This document shows, in pieces, positions 12,163 through 23,596 of a stretch of DNA of 59,362 nucleotides (position 1 is its first letter; every line of letters starts with the position of its first letter). The notes below the pieces were generated by a model, which worked only from the letters and a program-made list of their open reading frames with translations, was not told the origin of the DNA and ran no database searches. Origin of the DNA: Dimorphilus gyrociliatus. Its lineage: Eukaryota; Animalia; Annelida. The stretch is from the NCBI GenBank assembly GCA_904063045.1, contig CAJFCJ010000043.1, positions 1 through 59,362 of the forward strand, read 5' to 3'. Position numbers and translations under genes: made by a program.

Positions 12163-13035
12163 ATGAAAGTTCTAGCTTTACTTGTTGTTGTAGCTGTTGC
12201 CATTGAGGCAAAACCACATGATCCTGTTCGTTTGACCACAGATGTTGGCTACATTGTTGGTGGAGAAAATGCTTCTCCTGGGGAATTTCCATGGCAAGTT
12301 TCTTTGCAAAGATGTTCTGGAGGATCCTGTTCTCACAATTGTGGAGCTGTTGTCATGAATGCAAATTGGGTTTTGACTGCTGCTCACTGTATCCAAAACC
12401 CAGTTCTCTCTTCTCACAGATTGGTCTTTGGTCTTCACACCCGAAGTGATGAAACTGGAACTCAAGCTAGAACTCCATCCATTGTTACACCTCACCCTGA
12501 TTTTGTCAATGATGGAAGTTTAGGATTCCCTAATGATGTTGGTGTCATGAAATTTGATGAGGCTATCAACCTTTCTGGCAATGTTGCTGCTGCTACACTT
12601 GTTCCATCAAATGTTGGAACTTTGGCTGGACAAGCTTGTACTATTTCTGGTTGGGGTCGTACTGCTGGTGGAGCTCCTTTGGCCAACATTCTCCAAAAGG
12701 CAGAAACCCGTGTTCTCTCAACTGCTGAATGCCAAGCACAAGGAATTCCTCAAGCTGATGATGACATGCACATTTGCCTAAACAATGATGATCAAACCAC
12801 TAATTCATGCAATGTAAGTTTTAAATACTAATGTGAACTTTCAACAAATGTACATATACTACTATTACAGGGTGATTCTGGTGGCCCATTGAACTGTCCA
12901 ATTGGACCTAACAACTCTATGCAAATAGCTGGTATCACATCTTTTGGTATCATCTTCTGTCCACCAAGCAGACCAGCTGGATATGCCCGTGTTTCCTTTT
13001 ACCGTCAATGGATTGAAGACAACATGACTGATTAA
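12163..13035 (+). CDS. Secreted S1A serine protease (chymotrypsin/elastase-like), similar to earthworm fibrinolytic enzymes; 2 exons (12163-12813, 12871-13035)
   Basis: Signal peptide, activation site IVGGENASPGEFPWQ, TAAHC, NDVG, SCN|GDSGGP across a 57-nt gtaagt..ttacag intron, stop 13033-13035, AATAAA at about 13047. Confidence 0.95.
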
Positions 13036-14299
13036 ATATATTTCAAAATAAATAAATTCATTGTTGAAATATAAGGAAAAAGTTTTATAAGCAATGAATG
13101 CTATACTTATTATTACTTCTTGTGTTTTTGAGGGAAGAGATTCTGAAAGATATAGGAAAGTATGCTAATAGCATGACTTTGTTTAAAATTTATAAAAAGT
13201 AGGACAAAATTGTTCCATACTCTCAGGAAAACATTACTCTTCATCTATCTCTAATAGTATTACAATTCTGCCCCAGTACACTAATCAGTACACTACTTAA
13301 TAATGTATCAATATTTTTTTATATGTGATTGTACACTTATTGACTAGTAGATATTTGGTGTTTATTGTGTAGTTACATTACAAGTAGATGGTACTAATAT
13401 GACGAAAAAGAAATGTCACTGACAATTATAATGTCAAACTGTATTAGTATCTGCTCTTAATTTAGTAAGAACAAAATCAGAGGATGAAATTAGCAAAATA
13501 TTCCAATCATATAAAACTAGTTTTGAAATCATTAAATTCGTCTATTTAAACAATGTGTTGATATTGATCATATTTTATAATATCTAATTCATTAGCAAAG
13601 TTGATATGCTTGTTTTGCCTTGTTAAAGTGCGTGGTTTATAGTCAAAGACTTGTTGGAACTGTTGGTGTTTTCTGCCAACATCATCTTTTATATCTAATT
13701 GCAGTAACTCAGTGAGCCTTACAACTTCCATTTTTGGTTCTTCAATTTCATTGCTGATTTTCATTCTGATTGACCTGGAAGCAGCTGTTTGGAATTTACA
13801 ACCATTCTTTGTATAATTGATAAAACTTTTCCTTCCTGAAGATATTCAATTTTGAATCCTTTCAGCATCCAAAGGGCTCTTTTTTATTTTAAAGAGATAT
13901 TGTGTTTGGTCACATTCCCCATATCTTATATCTTCTTGTGTTATGTGGTAGGCATGGTGTAGTATTGGATAATTGAAAATACAAGTCCTTTATATATTTG
14001 ATGAGGAATTATTAAAAATATAAGGAAATGTTCAAATGGAACAAGGAATCTGACAAAATACTCGTACTTTTAATGTTCAATTTTAAAAGGAACATAGAAA
14101 AGACTTTATTTAACATTCACATCCTCTTTGTCTCTAATTTATTGTTTAAAGTTTACAAAAAAAATTATTTTTGAAGAAACAGATTAATAAACAACAAAAG
14201 GTGTAAGTGAAAATTGTTATATTATATTTATTAGCAGGTACAGACTTATTATGTAGCAACTCATATAGGTCTATGTTGGGATGTTATTGAAAAGGTCCA

Positions 14300-14470
14300 G
14301 AAATGTTGGCTTTTAACCTAACCTTAGCCCAGCCCTTGGGTTTGCTTAAAAAGTTTCATTAGTCCCAACCCTTGGATGGTATCCTCTTAAGTACAAATCA
14401 TTGGCTATCTTTTCCCTGCAAACCATTTTTAAACCCAAAATTTAACCTTTAAAAATCTGTTTTGTGGATA
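14300..14470 (-). mobile_element. Diverged copy of the TAACC/TTAGGG-module MITE
   Basis: TTTAACCTAACCTTAGCCCAGCCCTT..CCCAACCCTTGGATGG..CCTCTTAAGTACAAATCA..CTAAACCATTTT-like path parallels 9720-9860. Confidence 0.6.
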
Positions 14471-14639
14471 GGGGTATAAGTATATGATAAATCTCATCTA
14501 AAAACTATTAGGGGTACTTTTTTTTTGCCCTTGGGTTGTATAAGCTGTCTTTCTATTGTTAGGTATAAAATCTGAGTTAGGAATGTTGAAATTTAAAAAA
14601 AAATTCATTTTTGTATACTATACACAGGTCATCCTTATA

Positions 14640-14990
14640 TCTTGACATAAATGCCACCATTCACTTTTTACATGTGCCTCATATAGGCTCAATAATGTTG
14701 AGGCCTGGGTGTTAGCTGGACATGGATTCAATGTTTTGATATCCTGTCTTTTTAGGTAGTTCTTTGTCTTTGCTGATCTGGGACAAATAGGCCCACCACC
14801 CTGAAAATTGCCACACTATTATCACTTTGAACAATAGGGGTCCTCAATACTTCAATATAATCCAAATGTGCTTAGCTATGTCCCTATCTCCATTAAATTT
14901 GATGTAGCAAAAAACCATTGTACTAACTCCCTCAGATTTTACTGCTTTTGTTGTGTATTTGGGATCATTCTTTGTAACCAAAAGATACAT
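14640..14990 (-). mobile_element. Tc1/mariner transposase relic
   Basis: DPKYTTKAVKSEGVSTMVFCYIKFNG ... IFQGGGPICPRSAKTKNYLKRQDIKTL ... NTPGLNIIEPI* match Tc1 TVKHGGGSVMVWG, FQQDNAP.H and WP..SPDLNPIE.LW motifs. Confidence 0.75.
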
Positions 14991-15294
14991 TTTCTCTCTA
15001 TATTGATGAGAAGAATATTATTAAATATGATAATGTCCTCATTTTGCTCTTTTAACTATGAAAGAGAACAATTGAAAAAAATATATTAATTTTTGAGGTA
15101 AATCATCATGTATCTTGATGTAATCATCTGGGAGGATCATTTGGAAAGAATCTCCACTGGAACAAGCCTTCTACTCATCAAGGCTGGACACTAGTTTGGT
15201 AATATGAAATATCTAGACTGCTACTGAACTTTCATATTGTTACTTGGTAAGTATTTTATTTGGAATAAACATTTATATTAAATATTTGTTCAAA

Positions 15295-18139
15295 GGTTTG
15301 AGTAGAAACAGTACTGTTGTAACTTGTAAAGGCATAAACTACCCAAGCAGTAGCAGTAAAATAACATAATTGAATTTTATTGAGACACCAAAACAGTTAA
15401 TGGATATAGTAAATAATGATAAAGGCCAAGTTCCAAAATGGAAGGGTTATGTTATAAATGCAACAAATTCTGATCACTATTCTCCTGTAAAGGTAAGACG
15501 AAAAAGAAGACAGTTTGAAATATTGTGAAATGTTTCCTCTTCCTTCTAGATAATATTTAAAGTTTTAGTTTCAATTCAAAAATATTTTGATACATTTGAT
15601 ATCCTTTTTGGTGAAATTGCTGTTTCTAATGGTGAATGTAGCAATATAAAAGCTGGTAAATGTCAATTTCATCCTATTATCTCCAACTATTGCCAGCCAT
15701 TTTTTAAAAAATTCTATTCTTATTTTTTATAGATTCAAAACAGAATGGTTTGGAAAAAAATTTTCCAGGTTTTACAATCAATAATCCCTTGGACCAGTAT
15801 AAATAGAATCTTTTTTTCCATTAAAAACCTAAAAGAAAACTAAAATAACAATTTTTTATTTTTAAAAAGGAAAACTACTCCATATCTTCAAAGCTAATCA
15901 AGATTTATCTGCCAAATCAAATGAAAATTTTGATTTAACCTCACCAATTATTCTTTTTCAAAATAAAACAAACTGTATAGAGTTTTCTTTAAACTATTTT
16001 ATAAATATTAAAATATTAGAAAGAAAAATTGGGGATAATAATTTTAAAGAGTAAAGATAATTTTTTTTATTTAAATTATCTTTTTGTGATATTTCATTTT
16101 TTTTGTAAATAGATTAGATCAAAGTACTTTTTGTCAAACAAATTTTAAATATGAAATTCCTGAAGAAATTGTTCAAGTAAGGTAAAAATTCTATTGATAT
16201 TGATTGATACTGACCATTTTTTATATTTTTAACACAGTTTAAGTTAAGATTTAATGCAACCACATCTCTTGGTGTATTAACAGATATTGAAATTTTTAGT
16301 GGACCCTGTTCAAAAAATGGTTTTTGTTCAATTTTCTTTTCTATTTTTTTCAAAAAACAAAAAAATTAATTCATTTTGAATTCAGATGGTTATAATTGTA
16401 ATTTTCAAAAGGGATTATGTTTATAAAAATATTTTTGTTTTTTAGATTCATTTCAGGTTAGAAAATGGATTTCAATACACAGCTTTTACTCACAAACCAC
16501 GCCCTATTGCATACTTCAATCCAATAAAAGAAACTTTTGAGTACGAGATAAATAAAGAAATTATTATCTACAATCTTCCAAAAGAACCATTCCAGATAAT
16601 CTTCAAGTATACTAATAATATAACATTTTTTATGGTTCCTACTTTTACAACAATTGAGGAAGTTGAAATCATGGATTGTCCAATAAAAAATTACCCAATT
16701 TCCAATTCATTTGATTGTAATTTTGAAGATAATTTATGTGGTTATACAATTACTGGCAGGTTGAAAAGTTCTTTTCAATGGTATCATAATTCAAGAAGTA
16801 ACTATATATTTTTTTCTTAATACTCTTACATTAATAAGAGAACTTTACTATAATTAATCCTCTTATCCCCACTAGTTGGATATCTTCAACTAAGAAGTTT
16901 TTTGGGCAAAAGGGATGATGAAGCTTCAATTACCACTCCAAACTTTACTGAGGACATTATTGATAAATTTAAATATTTAGTATTTAGTTTTTACCTCAAT
17001 CATTAAATTTGCCATCAAACTCATTTAAACAAAATATTACTATAACTATTATCAAGAATTTTATTAATAGTAATAAAGAAAGTCAAAGGTTTTGTTATTT
17101 CTATATTAAAAAAAAAATTCTAATAGATAATTTTTAAAACCATCTTTTTTTTTCAGTTTTATATTTGAACCTTCTACTTATTGTCAACAACAACAATACA
17201 TTAAATTAGAACCTGGTTTAAAGAATGTAAATTATATAGGTCAATTACACTGAAAATGCTTGCCTCTCTTTTGAATATCTGCTATCGAAAAAAGCCAAAA
17301 ATTTTGACGATTATCATTTCTTGTTAAAAAGATTTTGTTCTTTTCTTATCTAAGTTTAATTAATTTTTGCCATTTCAATATAATTTATAGATTTATGATG
17401 ACTTCAAATTGGTTGATTTTCAACAAAAAACAAGTAATTTTCGTATTAGAGAACAAATAGATGTAAAAGGATTAACAATAGTTAGAATTTATTCATTTTA
17501 GTAAAAACATTGTTCCTTTTTTTCAATTTTTTTCATTTAGAAAATAAATTAAATTGTAATTTTGAACATGGACTTTGTGGTTATAAAATAACAACTGGAT
17601 ATAATTCTCAATTAGTACTTTATAAAGATGAAATTAAGGATATTTTCTCTGAAAAGAGTTTAGTAAAAAAATTTATTTTTCTTTCCAGTTCTTTTATTTT
17701 ATGTATTGTAAAACATTTTTTATCACCAAAAGATTCAGTTTTAATTCTCAGAAAACAATATCATAAAAAGGCTAATCAATATTTAAATGAAATAAACATT
17801 TATTCGCCTTTTATTGAAAACAATGTTACTACAAAATGTTTTCAATTTGAATCATATCTTTACACATCAAGGAATGAACTTCCAGTTTTGAAAGGGATCA
17901 AAATTTTTGAAAAAATTAATAATTTTTGGAATTCAAGGTAAAATTGATAGAAAAAATAAAAAGATATTTAGAAAAGCTTTTTCATTTTTATAAACAGTTG
18001 TGAATCAACAATTAAAGAATGTTCCAAGATAGAAGTTTCAAAAGAGACTACTCAAATTAAACTGAACTTGGATGAAATTTCTTTGGATAATGAAAAATTG
18101 ATTTTTGATAATTTTATCTTAAAAAATCATCCATGTTAA
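15295..18139 (+). pseudogene. Multi-exon MAM-domain protein, paralog A (probably disabled)
   Basis: MAM starts SFDCNFEDNLCGY (16710s) and LNCNFEHGLCGY (17540s); LxSP...C..F motifs; end LIFDNFILKNHPC* (TAA 18137-18139); many 50-80 nt introns. In-frame TAA at 15367-15369 in a putative exon. True start not located. Confidence 0.65.
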
Positions 18140-18299
18140 TCCAATGAAAAAAAAGATGATCTGTTTGGCATTTGGAATTCAAATTCAAAATTTTCAATGC
18201 TTTATTCTATCTAGAGAGAAAATATTATTTCACATTTAGACAGCTTAATTAGAAGAAAAAAAAGTTCTTTTCTAATCTAAATTTTACCCTAAAATTTTC

Positions 18300-18372
18300 T
18301 TAAAATAGGCTAAAATGTCTGAAAATGGGCTAATGTGGACCAAATGTCCTGTGCCAAAATGTCACTGCATCA
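18300..18372. repeat. Tandem subterminal-type repeats (GGCCAAAATGTC-like); related copy at about 41010-41065
   Basis: Both sites end in GCCAAAATGTCACTGCATCA after short imperfect tandem units; likely a DNA-transposon end. Confidence 0.5.
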
Positions 18373-18828
18373 TGCAATTCAATTGACAAACTTTTAACAA
18401 CCTTCCAACCTTTGAAAGTTTTTTCCCATATATAAAAAGTTTTCTTTCCTTTTAAAATGTTTTTGTAATACTGCAATAAAAAAATGCTTCAAGCAATCAA
18501 CTAATAAGTAGAAGCAAATAAAAAAAGAGGGTTGTTTTCTTCAGTAACAATTAAAATATTAGTCCAAAAGCCATAAATTATTATGACACTAGGCATCAGA
18601 CTTGTGTTCAAATATATGATGAATCGAAAAGGGTAGTATGGGCATTTTTAGGAATTAGCATATTATGTAATTTTTAGCTGTTCGAGGCAAATAGTCAGAA
18701 TAGGCCTAAAACAATTTTTTCACATACTCCTTATTCAAACCTATTGAACCTGGTGGTTTAAACTTTAGCACCTTTCTTTATACAGTACCCATACCTTATT
18801 TTTGGCCACTGCGCTTATTTCTATAATA

Positions 18829-19482
18829 ATGAAGATTTTTTTTCTTGAACTTTACTTTTTTTTAGTATCTGATATTATAACCTTTATTGTTTTGATTTTA
18901 GTATTCAAAGTTTCAGGTTCCATGAAGAAGAAGTGAGATATGCAGAAAAAATGTTATAATGTTAAACTGCAAACTGTGTTTGTCCAAAATAGCAGATGTG
19001 TTGATGATCATATTAATTATGATAGTAATAGCATTGAGGAAAAGGAATCGGATACTATTTTTAATGTAACTACAATTGAAAAAATATCTGATAGTAAAGA
19101 TGGAACTGCTGGTAGAGGAATATGGACTGATTATTGCAAGAATTAAGCAAGAATTTCCATTTTAAGACTAAATGGAAACTTTAATGCTAAGAAAATGTGC
19201 CAAATTTTTAAAACTCTTTACAATTGTTTAGAGTCAATTAAGAATTCTCGATCATGTAGACATATCAGTTTTTCAGGTTTAAAGAGATTCTTGGACCATA
19301 AAAATCTATTTTCAGAATGCCTATGTGAATTGGTTGCTTGTAGTTGTCAAAAAACAGACACTTGTTCTCATTGGTATTGTATACGAAATGCCTATCTTCA
19401 TTGTGGTATGACCAACATTATCAAGATTGGATACAATATTAATTTAATTAGATCATGTGAGTTTTATCATTTTTTTATATGA
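18829..19482 (+). pseudogene. Orphan Cys-rich secreted or membrane protein, one frame with two stops
   Basis: ATG 18829 opens a hydrophobic leader (MKIFFLELYFFLVSDIITFIVLILVFKVSG). ORFs 18940-19146 and 19195-19482 are in this same frame, broken by TGA 18934-18936 and TAA 19144-19146. The C-terminal half has about 10 Cys. Confidence 0.5.
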
Positions 19483-20859
19483 CATCATATTACATTCGAA
19501 TAGATATGTATTTTAATTACAACTTGTATGGATCCATTCTGCTAAATTCTTTCAATTTTTATTTTATCAACCAATGAAAGCATCTAAAATGTTGACATTG
19601 TGATTTTTTACATTTTTTATCTAAAATATATAGATGGAAAGCATGAGAAAAACCATTGACAGAGTCAATGAAATACCTAGCATAAATATATATTTTCTAG
19701 AAAACCTAACCCTGCAATTACACTACAATAAAGTACAATTGCAAAAGAGATTAGGAAGTCTATTGCTCTTCACAAGTAGTTGAAAGTAATATAATATTTA
19801 ATTTTTTTTTTGTAAAAGATCTAGTTAAGTTTACAATTAGTTCTAAAGGGAAAGTTTTTTAATGAAAACTCCCAAACTATTTTGGATAATGTTCTATCTG
19901 CAAAATAGATGAATCATTACACTAAATGAATAAAGTACATACTCAAATTGTATTTGGTATAGATTAGATTCTTTTCATCTATCTAGTTTTGTTTAGACAC
20001 CAGTTTTTTCTTTGGTATGCCACATTTATAGTTATTTAATGACAGATTATATAGATTTAAATATGAAAAAAATACTTTGAATAATAGATAATCTATTATA
20101 AAGCAACATTTTTTAGCTTATTTAACTTTTAGGAAAATTGATCTAAAAATACATTAATGCAATTAAATAATTCTTTTAAATTGAGCAATCATGACAAATA
20201 ATGTAATACTCATACAGACTGTAATATATTTTCAAGTTTGTTTTGACATTGACAAGTATACAGAAAAAGATGAAGTGGATCATTTATTTCACTTTTCTTT
20301 CTCTTCTCTCTCTTCAAGTAACTTTGAAACGTATGTATTAATATTCCTGTGGTGCTCTAGGAAAGTTAATTGAATTATAGCTTTACCAAACTTTAACTGG
20401 CAATCAAAGCTGAGCCTTCAAGCTGACTAATCAGACCTGTGTTTGACCAATGTTATGGCATTTTCTTGTGTAGGTTTGAAGAGGTAGATGTATATAAGTT
20501 GCATAAAGTAATATAGTTCAAGCATCAAATATAACCAAAGTCGTACATTACATTTTTAATACAGAATTGTAATGATAAATTTCTTGTTTTTTACAGCTAT
20601 GTCAACAACAATAACATGTTCGGAAGTTGCAACTGGATTGCAACATTATAAACTGGATTCAGCATGATATGTCTAATGTCATGTCTAAAAGATCAAATGA
20701 AAGAACAATTGAACAAGTTTCCAATAATCCTTCATTCAAAATAGTAAAAGATCATGATAAACTTACAAAGGCTGTTTGTATGATCTTAAAAGCAAAATCA
20801 ATCAGAGAATTAAGTAAAATAGTCAAATCTTTCATTAGATAATTTAAATTATTTTCAGA

Positions 20860-21160
20860 AAAGATGGTTTCATTCAAATGCAATTCTTCAAGATTCTTTA
20901 AATCTCTCAATTTAGAATCAAGCACTGGAGTCTTTAAGAGAAGAAAGATGACGTAATCCAAAAAATAGGTTGATTGCAACTGAGTTGATCTCTGTGAAAG
21001 AAATATCAAGAATTTTTAAATTTGGGAAAATATCAAAAGAATTACAGAACAGATGATGAAATGGATAACATTTACAGTTGTCTGGGCAGTTTGGAATTTT
21101 ATGACAATAGATTTCATCATTCCCCATTAAACAATCAATATGGAGATTGCAAACATCTTT
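20860..21160 (-). pseudogene. LDLa + LRR fragment (GRL101/relaxin-receptor-type LGR ectodomain relic)
   Basis: KDVCNLHIDCLMGNDEIYC (LDLa end), then CPDNCKC (LRRNT) and FPNLKILDISFTEINSVAINLFFGLRHL; frameshifted LKNLEELHL. Confidence 0.6.
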
Positions 21161-21959
21161 GTTTATCAGTTTTCGTTAATCCTATCTAAAATTTCAACTT
21201 ACTGTATGAATTTGAGTGAAAGCATGTTATCATAAGTGGAAATGATTTCTGGTTAAAGATTTGATACATGTTCCTTTTAAATAGGTTATTAATGAATGGT
21301 TGAAAGGTATTTTTGGAGGTTATAATATCTGAAATTTTTACTTCTTTTCTTGCAAAAGGAAGTAAGGGAATTGTTGTAAATTTAGTTTTTCTTTGTATTT
21401 CAGCATCAGAAATTAATTTTTGCCTTTGTATTAGTCAAATGTAGAGCAAAATTTGAATATCATGACAATGAACCTAGAAAAATTAATGATTTTCACGAAA
21501 TTTTTACAAGTGCAGAGTTTCAGTGAGGATAAAATTTTTCAAAATCATCGGATCGCTTTCAAACTTGAATCCAAGCTTGCCCCTATGTCGGAGAGATAGA
21601 AAAAAATATTTTCATTATTCTACCCTCATTCGGAAAATTTAGGGTTAGGTTTAAGTTTGCAAAAGGTTTTTTTTGACTAAATCAAATAAGAGAAAAAGAA
21701 TTCTCACACTTCAAGAGTCCCAATCGATTTTGGGAAGCAGTCAAAGAAAAAATACACCAAAATCAACATTTAAAACAATTTCCAAAAGAAAAAAGTTTTT
21801 TCTGAATTTTTTAATAATTTCCTACCAACTCGACCTACCAAGGTTTCGTCCTCCTCTCTATGTTAATACAATTTATGGGTAATACTAAATAGATAATGAA
21901 ACAAATATAATTTAACGACCATCTTTCAAATCAAAATTACTTCCAAGTATAGATTGGTA

Positions 21960-22455
21960 AATGGCTAATGCCATTTCCAAGTATGTTCAAGATGTTCAAG
22001 GAGCTATATGGAAATAGGATCACATTCTGGGGAATGCTTATGTAGAAACAAATGTGGGCTAAATGGTATTTGTTTACCAGGAAGGAAAAACAGGGAATGT
22101 GAACAGCCACTTTGTAGACCATTAATAAGTTGTAATGGTCGTGGTGTTTGTATACTAGTCAGTAACTGCCAATTGAAATGTGTATGTTCTAGATTTTGGA
22201 TAGGCAATGTATGTGAAATTTGTAATCTAACAATTGCTTGGGGAGATCCTCATTTAGAAACTGTTGATGGTAGAAAATTTGACTATTTTGGAATTGGCCA
22301 ATTTTGAGAATGTATTTCACCTACTTTTTCATATCAATACCGAGATGACAGAAATAAATATACTTGTGATGTTGTTATGTCAGATGATCAGACAATGGTA
22401 AAACAAGGTGCTTTGACTTTAAGACAATGCAAAAATCAATGCAAGAAGGTTTGAC
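21960..22455 (+). pseudogene. EGF-repeat + von Willebrand D fragment
   Basis: CGLNGIC..., CNGRGVC..CVCSRFWIGNVC, then AWGDPHLETVDGRKFDYFGIGQF* (VWD start). TGA 22305-22307 falls where Trp is expected, and there is an upstream stop. Confidence 0.75.
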
Positions 22456-22619
22456 AAAGGACAGAGAGACTGTTTGGCAATGGAATTTTCACAGAATAGA
22501 CTCTTTTCATAATTCCAGTCCACCATTAGAATCTGGTGGATTATTACATTTCCTTCTATTTCATTCAAGTAAACCTTTGACCATTTGAACCCATTCTTTG
22601 GGAAAGACCAGGCACTTTT

Positions 22620-22850
22620 TCACTTGCTCAATGAAGGGTTAACACACATGAATGATTGTGAGTTTTTAATTGAAGAGATTATTAAAAACAGCAATACAGG
22701 TTCACCTCACCTTTGTGGAGATTTTGTTTAGTACAATTGGAGATGCAGCGATAACTCAGGCCAGGAACTGTAACCTTTGATAGTAGTTCCTAACCAGCTT
22801 ACAGTGTGAGTGCAATTGTAGGATTGCCAGTCTATACTGATTGCGCTATT
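22620..22850 (+). mobile_element. LINE apurinic endonuclease relic
   Basis: FLIEEIIKNSNTGSPHLCGDFV*YNW...QLTV...SILI resembles the IL.GDFN...INW...L.Q.V..PT...ILDL motif. Confidence 0.4.
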
Positions 22851-23596
22851 CCCTAACATTAACTTTTCACAATCAGTCTGTTGGTGACATAACTAAGGCC
22901 TTTAAACTCACCTAAAGGTATGGGAAATACCTCTAAAGTAACAACAAGCTTTTTTCTCCTTATCCATATGCTAAAAAGACTTGTAATGAGCTCTGTTATA
23001 AATTTTTTGTCTATAAGGACAAATACTCTTGTGACAAACCAGAAATTCATAAAATTAATTTACAAAAAAAAGTAGAGTTTTTTAGAGTTTGAATTTCATT
23101 TGCAACAGCATGAAATAACTGACCAAGATGGAGTCTGCTTTTCAAAATATCACATTCAACCATTTGTTACCCTTTCCAAGTTTTTTCCAAAGTTAAATGC
23201 AGCATAAAAAATATTAGAGCAGATAACATATCAAATCTTATCAATGGTGATATATTAAATAATATCATTTAGGTGTATCTCGGTTAGCGTTCCTTTTTAT
23301 TTTTGAATTGTCTGAAACTTTGTTAGGTAGGCCTATATTGGAATTATTTATTATATAGAAGAGAAGGGAAGGAATGATTAAAAGAATGTTTGAATCATTG
23401 TAAAAAAAATTGATATTTTATATTATTCATAAAGAGGAAAGAAGAATAATACAAAGAATACTACTCAATATTTCAAATTTTTCTTCTATAATTACTGAAA
23501 AAAAATTAAAAGTAAGCATTTAATAATTTAAATTTTAGTATTACTATTGTTAGAAGTTGTTCCATTTTGCAGTGTTTTGCTGTTCATTTGTTCAGA

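Noticed and set aside
12178-12781. ORFs 12178-12495, 12492-12689 and 12554-12781
   Set aside because: Antisense or out-of-frame shadows of the protease exon.
13546-13764. ORF as Gypsy pre-RT region (FQQVFDYKPRTLT..HI)
   Set aside because: The resemblance is plausible but too short, and no adjoining RT motifs were found.
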